64,000 nt of DNA, taken from IMG/VR virus record IMGVR_UViG_3300025009_000050, positions 1 to 64,000 of that record; one strand, 5' to 3'. Both the position numbers and the translations under genes were made by a program. Below, in pieces: positions 17,396-27,211 of this stretch. The notes beneath the pieces were generated by a model. It did no database searches, had not been told where the DNA came from, and was given only the letters and a program-made list of their open reading frames with translations. Within the stretch, counting starts at the first letter, position 1; the number at the start of each line of letters is the position of its first letter.

Positions 17396-20171
17396 TTGGC
17401 AAAGAGAGAGTTAGTAATTGAAAGTTTTGCAGTAGAGGTCGAAGATGCCAAGGTCACAATCGGGAATATAAAAATCTCGTCTGACATGGATATCGAGGAA
17501 ATGAAAGTTGCAATGGCTGGCAGTAAAGATGCTATGGAGGCCATGATTGGACATATTAAAGTCCTAGTTGATGCTAAAACCAATAGCGGGATTGAAGAAT
17601 TAATGAGTCAGCTAGCTGATATGGGTATGAGCAATGAAGACGAAAAATAATGGTCTTCATCATTGAGTATCGCGATGGAAATGAGATTGCTGTGTTCTTT
17701 GAAGGTGTTACTGATGTAAAAGTATTATTTAATAACACCATGGAAGAGCTACCCATAATGGGTAAAAGAGTAACTTGTTTCCATCAAGGAAGAGTTGCCT
17801 TACTTGAAGAATGTATTGACGTAGAGGTAGAAATGAAATATTATTCTATTTCTACGTCAAAAACCGTAGTTATGCATTCTGCCCTATATCAGGACATTTA
17901 TAATGAACATTGCTCAAACTGTATTTATTTACACAGGATCTGTACTTACTCTCCCATAAATGATAATATAAATGAGTGTACAAATTTTATTAAGTCAAGC
18001 TTTGTAAGATCTTTAGTTAGGAGATTATTTGGAGGAGGTGAATCAACTGTTAGGCATTATTATTATGTCAGTAATCCTAGGAATGATCTTGCCAGTATTC
18101 TCATTTAGATTAACCGGGATGATTGATAATCGCTGGATTAGGTTTCTCATATGCACGTGTTCAGGGATCGTTCTGCCAGTAATCTTTGTTTACTCCATAG
18201 TGTTACAGTTTCCTGGTTTGTTCGGATTGAGGTGAAACTTTGAAACGTAATAAAAATAAGATAACCTATAACCCTATTAAAATACATGGACAACATCAAT
18301 GCCCACATTGTAAGCGCAATGTATTAAAACATACCTTAATCACTCTTGAAGGAATTATAGTATGTTGCACATCATGCTGGCCTGCATGGTACAAAGGATG
18401 AAATTGTTCAAGAAAGAAGAACTCGTAGTCTGTACGTATGCAAATAATGTCCCAAGGCTAACAATAGTAGCACGCAAAGGTGTGTATATCATCGAAGACA
18501 CAAAGTTCTGTCGTGCTAGATGTGAACATAATTATAAAGAAAAGTGTACTGGGCAAATACTTAAAATAAAAACTATTTGGCTTTGCGCTTACGGGTTTAA
18601 AAGACTTATAGGAGGTGAAAACCTTTGAGACAGATCAAGTAGTAATATTTGATGTAGATAATGAACAATTCAGTGAGTTCATTGGCATGCCAGTAATAAT
18701 CACAGGCATACACAAATGTTTAACAATTAATTGTTTAACAGCCATTGAACAGAACTGTCCTAAAATTGCTTTGTCAATTTATGGGCCATCGAAATCAAAT
18801 ATATACAATGGTTCCTTATGCGGATGGACATTTAGACCACCCACTGATGAAGAGTTATTACTACTCAAAACTATAGATCATAGTAAACTTGAAAGGTTCC
18901 CATATGAATAAATTTCAAGTAGATGAGATAGTTGTTCTATCAATTGATTTAAAGGATATAAATAATGATGAAATAGTAGCTAAGAAAAATAGCTATGCAG
19001 TAGTATTGGCAATTTCTAATTGTAATTACGATTGTAAAAGAACTTGTCCACATCAAGAACTAATTCTATATTCTATAGAATCAGAACAACGTATAAAATA
19101 CAGTAGGTGTGGATGGGTCGCAAATAAAATACTAGGAGATGATTAATTTGAGCAAGATAGCAGTTATTCAACAAGGACATTTTACGGTGGCTATTCTTCA
19201 AGGAGTTAAGGACGGAGAAGCTATTACATCAGTCGGGTTCTCAAAGTACAATGCAGATGACGCTAATGGCTTCGTGCGTGATCGTATAACTGGTAAGTAT
19301 AAGCGCAACGAGAAAGGTAAACGGATTCCGATGAACAGGCCGTTTAACCCACAGCTTGGCAAAACAATTGCCGTGAACAGAGCTCTGGACAATCTTAAGA
19401 ATGGTAAGCTTGATTTTACTGTTGAAGAACTTGCCATTGAACTTCCAGCAGAACTTCCGGTGGAAGAAGCACCTATCAGTTTTATAGTATCTGATTCTAA
19501 ACAACAGGATGTCATTGAACTGTGTGACACCAAGCTGGTTGAAGAACTAGCTGTATAATGTATGTAATTGGCGATATAGTAGTTGCTGTAGTGACAAGGG
19601 ATCGTAGATTACTTACAAAAGATAAGATTTATACAGTAAGAGATACATCAGTATGTCGTACTCGTAATACTCACCCACTTTGCTGCAGATGCAAAGGTTG
19701 TTATATAAAAATTACTGGAGTTCCTGAGGACTTCTGTGGCGGTAGATTTGTAAAAATATAAGGGAGGAATTCTTTGTGAAGGAATTAACTGTAAAACTAC
19801 CTGAGGTTAAAAGAAATCCATTTTGGTATCTAGAGCATAAGGATGATCTGGCTGTTGTAACTTCCGAATCATCTAACACTGCCCTTGGCATTAATGATAT
19901 TGTTATTCATCCGCCAAATTCCAGGCAGAAAGAGATTGGTATACTATGCAAGGTTGTTATTTCTACACTTACAGGCACATTGAGCAACATCAGTATTGAA
20001 CAGGCTAATGTTGGCCATAAAGCATTAAGGATTAAGTTGCCAAGTAAAAACATTGCAGCTCCTGGAGAGAGGGCTAAGTTTGTCAATGATTTTATCATCA
20101 ATACTAAATGCAAAGCTCAAATCCTAAGTTACGTTAGCACATTTCTTGAGGAGGTTACTCCTCAAGAATAG
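17396..20171 (+). other. Run of hypothetical ORFs (17396-17650, 17650-18108, 18398-18628, 18615-18911, 18904-19146, 19139-19558, 19558-19761, 19776-20171)
   Basis: Coupled ORFs with SDs; several are short beta-rich, Cys-containing proteins (see findings). Confidence 0.6.
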
Positions 20172-20339
20172 GAGGAGTATGTTTGTATCTTAAATTATTC
20201 CATGTATCATGTGTATTGCTTTTTATTATAGCAGCCGCATTTAATTTTACTATGAATAAGTTTGGTCCTGCTTTTATGTCATTTGCAGTTGGTTTCTATT
20301 ACTTTAACAGAGTGATGTCAAGCGCTAAGGTGGTTAAAG

Positions 20340-20765
20340 ATGAATAACGTAGTCTTTGTCCGTCTACCACACGGATCACTAACTGAACTTTACTTAAAAC
20401 TTGATCTTGCCAAAGAACTAGGTGGCTCTGTAAAATTTATGTTCTACAGAGCCACATGTCGCATGGCAATCATAGTAGATAACAATGAATGCAATGAATT
20501 TGTAAGTGTGATTACTGGATTGGAGGATGATGAAGATTCATTAAGATTCATAGAATTTATAAGAAAACACACACTATCAATCAGCAAAGATCAAATCATA
20601 GGCTTACTTCATCCGAATGAATGGTGTGCACGCAAAGGGGAAAGCGTAGAGAGAGATCTCATAATACTGAATGAGATTTCCACTGAGTTTAGTATACCAA
20701 TAATTCCACTCAGTGATACTAGACGTGAACTCTTGGAGGTGTACCATAATGGTATCCATACGTGA
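20340..20765 (+). CDS. Hypothetical protein
   Basis: 141-aa ORF. Confidence 0.5.
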   Translation: MNNVVFVRLPHGSLTELYLKLDLAKELGGSVKFMFYRATCRMAIIVDNNECNEFVSVITGLEDDEDSLRFIEFIRKHTLSISKDQIIGLLHPNEWCARKGESVERDLIILNEISTEFSIPIIPLSDTRRELLEVYHNGIHT

Positions 20766-21495
20766 TGTAAGCTTTACTATCCCAAATGAACTTAGAATTG
20801 TTATAAATCTTCTTAATCTGTACTCATTGCCAAACGGAGATCCATACTCAATAGTCGGTGGTTACATCAGAGACTTAATTCTTGATGGTAACCCTCGTGA
20901 TATTGATATTTGTTATTATGAACGATCACTTCTAGATAGTTATATAATAAGAAATAATCAAATCCGTTATGAGCAGGTTAGGAATAAAACGATACAATAC
21001 CTTTTATTCCACGGGATTGAAATACCTATTGATTGGGTACCATGTAATACATTACTGCCATACCCACCTAGATTTGACTTTACAATTAATGAGGTGGCTT
21101 TATTCCCTGATGGAAGATTAATAGCCTGCCCTCAAACATGGCTTGATCTTGAAACAAGAATTCTAAGATTAAGGGAGGAAAAAAATCCAACAACCAACAT
21201 AGTGTTAAGGGCTTGTAGATTCATAGTAACCTGTAACTTGAAACCTTGTAATAGTACAGTAAAAGCAATTAAAGAAGCTATGGTTAATAAAAAATTAAAC
21301 CAGATTACTCTTACTAATCAGTTACAAAATGCTGAAAATACTGGTATACTATATGAAGTATTTGAGTTAATGAGATTCTTCAATATCCCTATAAATGGTT
21401 TTAAGAGTGGCATCTCACTCCTTGAATACCTACTAGACAAGGAAAGAAATAGCCATCTTGATATAGGAGATGAAGAGTACAATGAAATATACTAG
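20749..21495 (+). CDS. Class II nucleotidyltransferase (CCA-adding/poly(A) polymerase family), divergent
   Basis: IVGGYIRDLILDGNPRDIDI (motif A), FDFTIN, LRACRF. Confidence 0.8.
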   Translation: MVSIRDVSFTIPNELRIVINLLNLYSLPNGDPYSIVGGYIRDLILDGNPRDIDICYYERSLLDSYIIRNNQIRYEQVRNKTIQYLLFHGIEIPIDWVPCNTLLPYPPRFDFTINEVALFPDGRLIACPQTWLDLETRILRLREEKNPTTNIVLRACRFIVTCNLKPCNSTVKAIKEAMVNKKLNQITLTNQLQNAENTGILYEVFELMRFFNIPINGFKSGISLLEYLLDKERNSHLDIGDEEYNEIY

Positions 21496-21506
21496 GGAGG
21501 GCTGCA

Positions 21507-22091
21507 ATGAAAGTTAAATTTATTTATAAGTCTAAAAAATTTAAACATCCTGAAATCGCTGAAGCGATTAAGGAAGTGTTTGCCCATGTAGCTAGTACTA
21601 AATGGGCTAGATACTTCCCTAAGAAAGTAAAAGTTTTGTTTTTTAAGAATGCATTCTCTCATGATAATAGGTCTCCAGGTATGATGCGAGTAGACTGTTT
21701 CGGGCCTAAATTCTTTTTTGCTGTGGATGTGCTGCATGCAATGCATACTTTAGAGCCATATATTGATGTTGCTATTAATAATGGCAATGTGGTTTATGAT
21801 CATGTTCATGCAGCAAAATTAACTGCAGCACATGAAATTGGACACTGGCTGGTGTTATGTAGCTTAGCTAAATACCCTCAATTTGGAGGACATCCGATGG
21901 CGACTCATATATTAATGTCGGATACTTATTTCAGACATAGTGCTGAAAGTCACATCAATAAGCGAGACATAATGAATACTCAATTATCATATAGGAACGT
22001 ATTTGCTGAACGTTGCTCCGATAGGTTTGCAAGATTTATCGTAGCAAGAATGGGAGGTGCGGGTATTGAGAACACCAAACAGGACACCTAA
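21507..22091 (+). CDS. Putative zinc metallopeptidase
   Basis: AAHEIGHW (HExxH) with downstream ERCSDRFA (ImmA/IrrE-like ExxAxxFA). Confidence 0.6.
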   Translation: MKVKFIYKSKKFKHPEIAEAIKEVFAHVASTKWARYFPKKVKVLFFKNAFSHDNRSPGMMRVDCFGPKFFFAVDVLHAMHTLEPYIDVAINNGNVVYDHVHAAKLTAAHEIGHWLVLCSLAKYPQFGGHPMATHILMSDTYFRHSAESHINKRDIMNTQLSYRNVFAERCSDRFARFIVARMGGAGIENTKQDT

Positions 22092-23092
22092 TACTCCAAA
22101 AGAGGCAAAGCATTTTTTAAACTTTACCAAAAAGAATTTTTATTTTGGGTTAGGTACTGGCGCATTTAATTTATTCATGCTATTAGTCTGGGTACACTTG
22201 ACGTATAAGGCAATGATTGAAGAAAACATAGTGCTGACCATCATAAGCATAGGATTCCTAGCACTAACTATATTCTTTTTCATAATAAATTGTCGCCAAA
22301 TCTCTGAAAAATTTATAATGATTGATGTAGCTAGTGCGGTATTAAAGGCTGTTGAATATAGAACAGCTGAAAAATTCAAAAAACTTGAAAAGAGGTTTAA
22401 AAATGATTAATGGAAGTGAGTACGAAGTAGTAGTAAAGTTGAAGCTTGAAAACTTTGAAACCGAAAATGAGGTTAGAGAAGCTATCGACTCTATAATTAA
22501 GCCAGGCTTAACAACTTACAAGGCATCTTATGGGGATATGATGGGTAAGAATGCGTCAATAACTAATGTAAATATGACACTTTCAGTACCTCCCTTTGAA
22601 GCTCTTAACCAAATGATTGCTGCAAAACTTTTAAGTCACAAGATGACACAAAATGATAGAGCTGAAGGAGCTTACAAAACAAGAGGCAGAATTGCAGGCG
22701 CGTTCTATCTTGTAGAATCAGTATTAACTCCTGTGCTACATCAAGTACATGCTAACAACTATTTTGAGTTTTATCACAAATCTGGCACTAGTCAGTATCT
22801 GATTCGTGATGTACTTGGCAATGTCGTTCATGACTTTACTGAAATACCGGACAAGGTGATGGAACTCTCTCAATTCTTCATGACTCTGGTAAATTACTAC
22901 AAGCTAAATAAAGACCAGCTTAGTGTAATTGAAACCGGAAGAGCCGATATTACGGAGATCGATCCGGATATCATGGATTATACAACTGATGCTGTTATGG
23001 AAAGCAAGTCAAAAGTAATTTTGCAAGCTATTCCTACTGCTGTATCACCTACCAATCCATTTGTAGGTATGTTAACACCAGTGAAAGAATAG
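22057..23092 (+). other. Two-TM membrane protein (~22066-22410) and hypothetical protein (22403-23092)
   Basis: The first has two hydrophobic helices; the second is a 229-aa ORF with SD. Confidence 0.55.
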
Positions 23093-23102
23093 GGGGCTTT
23101 AA

Positions 23103-24323
23103 ATGCAACCCAAGGAGATTAAGAAGGCATATAGAAGATCAATGAACCAAGCTTTAGAAGCAGGCGTTGATCTTCCTGAATGGATTGATATGTCTACAGC
23201 TAAACTTAAAGAAAAGCTGAATGAAGAAATAGCTACTGGATCTATTGATCCAATGGAAGCAATGAACCTCATTATAAGACATGACCAGTTGATGAAAGAA
23301 GTCCTGGGATACGGCAAGGAACATGGACTTAAACCATTGTCTAAAAAGCAAAGATGTATTAAAGCTATTGATGACATAATGCTCGACACTAAATACGGCT
23401 TTAGAGACATAGTATTTGGCCTAAGAAAGAGGTTTGGTAGCAAAGGAGAACTACAAAAAATGATCAACGAACTAAATCCTGACACACTGAAAGATACAAT
23501 GGAAACTAGATGCAAGTATGTTTGCAGCGCTGATATCGCTATGAACATCTACGTAGCGCTTGCCCTTGGTAAGCCATTACTAGTTGAAGGACCACCTGGC
23601 TGTGGTAAAACAGAGTTAGCAAAAGTACTTTCCACAATCTTTAACACAAAGCTTATCCGGCTACAATGTTATGACGGGATCGACGCTACTCATGCACTTT
23701 ATGAGTGGAACTATCAGAAACAGATCCTTGACATACAACGTGGTAAAGGCGATGGGAATATCTTTGGTGAAGATTACTTGCTTGAAAGGCCATTACTCCA
23801 AGCATTGAGAGAAGAACCTACTCCGGTTCTACTTATTGATGAAGTGGATAAAGTCGACCAAGAGTTCGAAGCTCACCTTCTTGAAATACTGTCTGACTTT
23901 CAGGTATCAATACCTGAATATGGAACAGTAATCGCTAAGAAGATTCCGCCAGTTATCCTTACGTCTAATGGGGTAAGAGATCTTGGTGATGCACTTCGTC
24001 GTCGTTGTGTTTACCTTTGGGTCGGGTTTCCGACCATTGATAAGGAAGCAACAATCTTGATGAAAAAAACTGATACTTTGCGACCTAACACTGCTCTACA
24101 GATTGCTAGAATCATGAGTGTTATTCGTAATGAGGTCAACTTGCTCAAACAGCCTAGTGTTTCAGAAAGCCTGGACTTAGCTGCAGCCCTTACAAACATG
24201 GGCATAAGAAAAATTGAATCTCCCTTGCTTGATCAATTGACAACTCTGTTTCTTAAAAACAGAGAAGATCTGGATAAGATGCAAGAGAGAGGTGGAGCGA
24301 AATGGCTGTTGGAGCGGGCGTAA
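23103..24323 (+). CDS. MoxR-family AAA+ ATPase with N-terminal extension
   Basis: LLVEGPPGCGKTELAK, RLQCYDGID...LYEWNY, LLIDEVDK, LTSNG.R.L.DALRRRC. Confidence 0.92.
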   Translation: MQPKEIKKAYRRSMNQALEAGVDLPEWIDMSTAKLKEKLNEEIATGSIDPMEAMNLIIRHDQLMKEVLGYGKEHGLKPLSKKQRCIKAIDDIMLDTKYGFRDIVFGLRKRFGSKGELQKMINELNPDTLKDTMETRCKYVCSADIAMNIYVALALGKPLLVEGPPGCGKTELAKVLSTIFNTKLIRLQCYDGIDATHALYEWNYQKQILDIQRGKGDGNIFGEDYLLERPLLQALREEPTPVLLIDEVDKVDQEFEAHLLEILSDFQVSIPEYGTVIAKKIPPVILTSNGVRDLGDALRRRCVYLWVGFPTIDKEATILMKKTDTLRPNTALQIARIMSVIRNEVNLLKQPSVSESLDLAAALTNMGIRKIESPLLDQLTTLFLKNREDLDKMQERGGAKWLLERA

Positions 24324-25180
24324 GAGACGCCCACCTAGACTTTTGGAACTGGATGACAAATACCAACCAGCAACAGCAGTCGCAGGTACAAAGTAAACCA
24401 GGTGATGAGGATGGGCCGGAAGGCCCACCTGGACAACCTGGGCAACCTGGAGCAGGAAAAAGTGATGGCAATCTTACGAGACCTAATATACATGAAGACG
24501 AGGTACTTAAGGCACGTAGAAATATGCGGAAAATTGCCAGACAGATCATTACAGCAATGTCTCGTCATCGCAAGGAAAGTAAGAAAATGGCTATGATCAA
24601 TTTCCGTAAGACTATAAACAATGCAAAGTCTACTGGTGGTATACCAATTCAGATCAGCTGGAAGGTTAAAAAAATTCATAAGCCTAGACTACTAGTACTT
24701 TTAGATACGTCAGGCTCAATGGATCGACATGCTAAAACATTGACTTTAATTTGTCAGGCAGTCGGTCAGGAGATCTCTAAGTTTGAGCTATTTATATTTT
24801 CAAATAAGCTCGAATATGTAACCAAGGATATTAGGACTGACTGGAGAGAGACATTGACTAATCTCGAAAGAAGACAACAATGGGGCGGTGGAACTGATTT
24901 GCCCAAAGCCCTTAAAAAGCTATTAAAAGATTATCATAATAAATTGTCTCCTCAAACTGTTGTATTTATCATGTCTGACCTCGATACACGTGGTTCAGAA
25001 GAAGCACCTGGACTTGTTGAGGAAGTAAGAAGAAAGAGTAAGAGTCTGTATATATTCAATCCTGATGAATACGAATATAAACATTATGAGAATGCCTATG
25101 AAGGCAAAGCAACCAAAATGTTTCTGACTCCTACACTTGAAGATATGGCAAATGCTGTTAAGCAAGCTTGTCTTAAGTAA
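24302..25180 (+). CDS. VWA-domain protein (CoxE-like MoxR partner)
   Basis: MIDAS motif LLDTSGSM, GGGTD, MSD; coupled to the MoxR gene; short GPPGQPGQPG linker. Confidence 0.88.
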   Translation: MAVGAGVRDAHLDFWNWMTNTNQQQQSQVQSKPGDEDGPEGPPGQPGQPGAGKSDGNLTRPNIHEDEVLKARRNMRKIARQIITAMSRHRKESKKMAMINFRKTINNAKSTGGIPIQISWKVKKIHKPRLLVLLDTSGSMDRHAKTLTLICQAVGQEISKFELFIFSNKLEYVTKDIRTDWRETLTNLERRQQWGGGTDLPKALKKLLKDYHNKLSPQTVVFIMSDLDTRGSEEAPGLVEEVRRKSKSLYIFNPDEYEYKHYENAYEGKATKMFLTPTLEDMANAVKQACLK

Positions 25181-25263
25181 TAAAGCAGAGGTAGGACCGC
25201 AATGGTCGGGATAAAGCTGGAAGGTGGGAACCAGCTAATTTAAAAATTTGGAGGAATGTTTAA

Positions 25264-25644
25264 GTGAGAACAGTTCAGTATGCAGGTAACAATTTGGTAA
25301 TCGAAGATGACACTATGTCCCTGGCTCAAATTAAAGAGTCTATGGCTGAAATTTTTCCGGAGCTGCAAAATGCTACTCCAACCCAAGAAGGCGAGATCAT
25401 CAAATTCGAGGTTAAGGCTGGTACCAAAGGTACTCGTACAGTTCAATACGCAGGCAACAACCTCGTTATTGAGGATGACACAATGACCCTGGCTCAGATC
25501 AAGGAATCCATGGCTGAGATCTTCCCTGAACTTCAAAATGCTACTCCAACCCAAGAAGGCGAGATTGTTAAGTTTGAAGTTAAAGCTGGTACCAAAGGTC
25601 TCTTCTCTCGCTTCTTGCAAGCCATCGCTAAGCTGCGTGGTTAA
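25264..25644 (+). CDS. Tandem di-ubiquitin-like protein (PRTRC protein C-like) with 14-aa C-terminal tail
   Basis: Two 56-aa units (53/56 identical), each ending KAGTKG, with the FPEL.NA motif; tail LFSRFLQAIAKLRG; lies upstream of the E2/JAB/E1 genes. Confidence 0.8.
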   Translation: MRTVQYAGNNLVIEDDTMSLAQIKESMAEIFPELQNATPTQEGEIIKFEVKAGTKGTRTVQYAGNNLVIEDDTMTLAQIKESMAEIFPELQNATPTQEGEIVKFEVKAGTKGLFSRFLQAIAKLRG

Positions 25645-25651
25645 GTCTAGT

Positions 25652-25673
25652 TATGGTGGGCTTTTGCCCACCA
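25652..25673 (+). terminator. Hairpin terminator after the Ubl gene
   Basis: ATGGTGGGC-TTTT-GCCCACCAT. Confidence 0.65.
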
Positions 25674-25705
25674 TTAACAGGTAAATATGTTACGGTGGTG
25701 TTTAT

Positions 25706-25963
25706 ATGTCAACTGAAAACTTAGCTAAAAACTTACTTCATCTGCCCAACTACGATTATTTACCTATTGAGGTAAGGATAGTAGTTGATAAAGTAATTAA
25801 TGCTACAAATGCCAATGATTTAATGAAAGTGCCCTTAGACGACATACTCAAAGCTCATAAAGAAGTAGTAAACCGACAGCCTGTAGTCATAAATCAAATA
25901 TCAGAACTTGTCGAAAAGATCAAAAGAATCCCTGCTATTGTGGCAAGCTCAGACTATATATAG
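25706..25963 (+). CDS. Small helical hypothetical protein
   Basis: 85-aa ORF inside the Ubl locus. Confidence 0.55.
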   Translation: MSTENLAKNLLHLPNYDYLPIEVRIVVDKVINATNANDLMKVPLDDILKAHKEVVNRQPVVINQISELVEKIKRIPAIVASSDYI

Positions 25964-26026
25964 AAAGGAGGAACAGAAATTAATACTTCTGTAGAAATCC
26001 TACGTCGTGCTGACTTCATAGAACTT

Positions 26027-27211
26027 GTGAAAATTGGCAGACAGAAAGGTATTGAGAAGTTTGCTGAGAATATTGAAATTCCAATTGATATCGCAGAATT
26101 CAGTACACTTATCAAAAAGCTAAGTAAGGAATTAATCATATCATTAATACCAGGATGTTATGTCCGTCAAAATGACAATGATTTCTCTATAAGATTTGAA
26201 GGAGAAATCTTTGACATGATTAAGATGTTGGAGGACTCTATTCATATTTATAAGTTCCCATCACCAAGAATTGCACATGTTCTATTGGAGCTAAACATAG
26301 CTATAAGTGGATTCCATGATACAAGAATCCGCAATGGGAAGAGATACATTTATATCCCATTGGACTTAGACTCTATGTATCTTCGTCATCAGCGCGTCTT
26401 ATCCAACTCATTGGCAGGAGTTATGAATATGGGTGTTGTGCTAGACAAACTTAAGCAATGTCATGACGAATTAAGCGGTGACATCCAAGCGTTCATACAA
26501 AAGAAGAAAGATAAGCTTGCTGAATTGCAAAAAATGCAGCGTGAAATAGCTGAACGCAAGAAGACACAAATAGTTGAAGCTGTTAGGATTCAACCTATCC
26601 CGACTCCTGAACCAAAAACGTTGATAAACTCACTTATAGATCAACTTAGCACTAAAACTATGACAATGCAAGAAAGATTGAACCAAGTGTTAGCAAAGAA
26701 TACTGGCAAAACTGCTACAGCAGATACCAGATTATCAACAATCAGGAAATGGGTGCAAATAGGAGACACCGTTAGAATCATAGTAAAAACTGGCCCCAAT
26801 CTAAGGAATAGAGATTATTATATCTATCCTCCTGAAGTAGAGCTTGATATTCCGGCAGGTTATCGTCAACACCTTGGAGTGGATAGGATTGAAATTATAT
26901 TAACCGAGCCTGATCCACGACATGATACTGTTGTAAAAACTAATAGTAAACTCCACTGTAACTTCAACGAAGAACATTGGATGCCACTCAAAAACCTTTA
27001 CGAAAATGAAGTGAAGAACAATGAACCAGGATTTTACTACAAGAAGAACGGGAGCTTTGTAGTAGTTGATGAAAAGAAAAGGGAGTTCCCGTTTAAGAAC
27101 TATGAGTCTGCTGTGGAACTCATAAACATGACTGGATTAGGTTTTGATATAACGAAGGTAATGGTTTATGAAAATCCATCCGTAATAGCAGATGTAGGGG
27201 AGGAAAGCTAA
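26027..27211 (+). CDS. Hypothetical protein with central coiled coil, in the Ubl operon
   Basis: 394-aa ORF whose stop overlaps the E2 start; the true start may be slightly upstream. Confidence 0.65.
   Translation: MKIGRQKGIEKFAENIEIPIDIAEFSTLIKKLSKELIISLIPGCYVRQNDNDFSIRFEGEIFDMIKMLEDSIHIYKFPSPRIAHVLLELNIAISGFHDTRIRNGKRYIYIPLDLDSMYLRHQRVLSNSLAGVMNMGVVLDKLKQCHDELSGDIQAFIQKKKDKLAELQKMQREIAERKKTQIVEAVRIQPIPTPEPKTLINSLIDQLSTKTMTMQERLNQVLAKNTGKTATADTRLSTIRKWVQIGDTVRIIVKTGPNLRNRDYYIYPPEVELDIPAGYRQHLGVDRIEIILTEPDPRHDTVVKTNSKLHCNFNEEHWMPLKNLYENEVKNNEPGFYYKKNGSFVVVDEKKREFPFKNYESAVELINMTGLGFDITKVMVYENPSVIADVGEES

Noticed and set aside
24402-24460. Collagen-like domain in the VWA protein
   Set aside because: Only about four Gly-X-Y triplets; this is a flexible linker.
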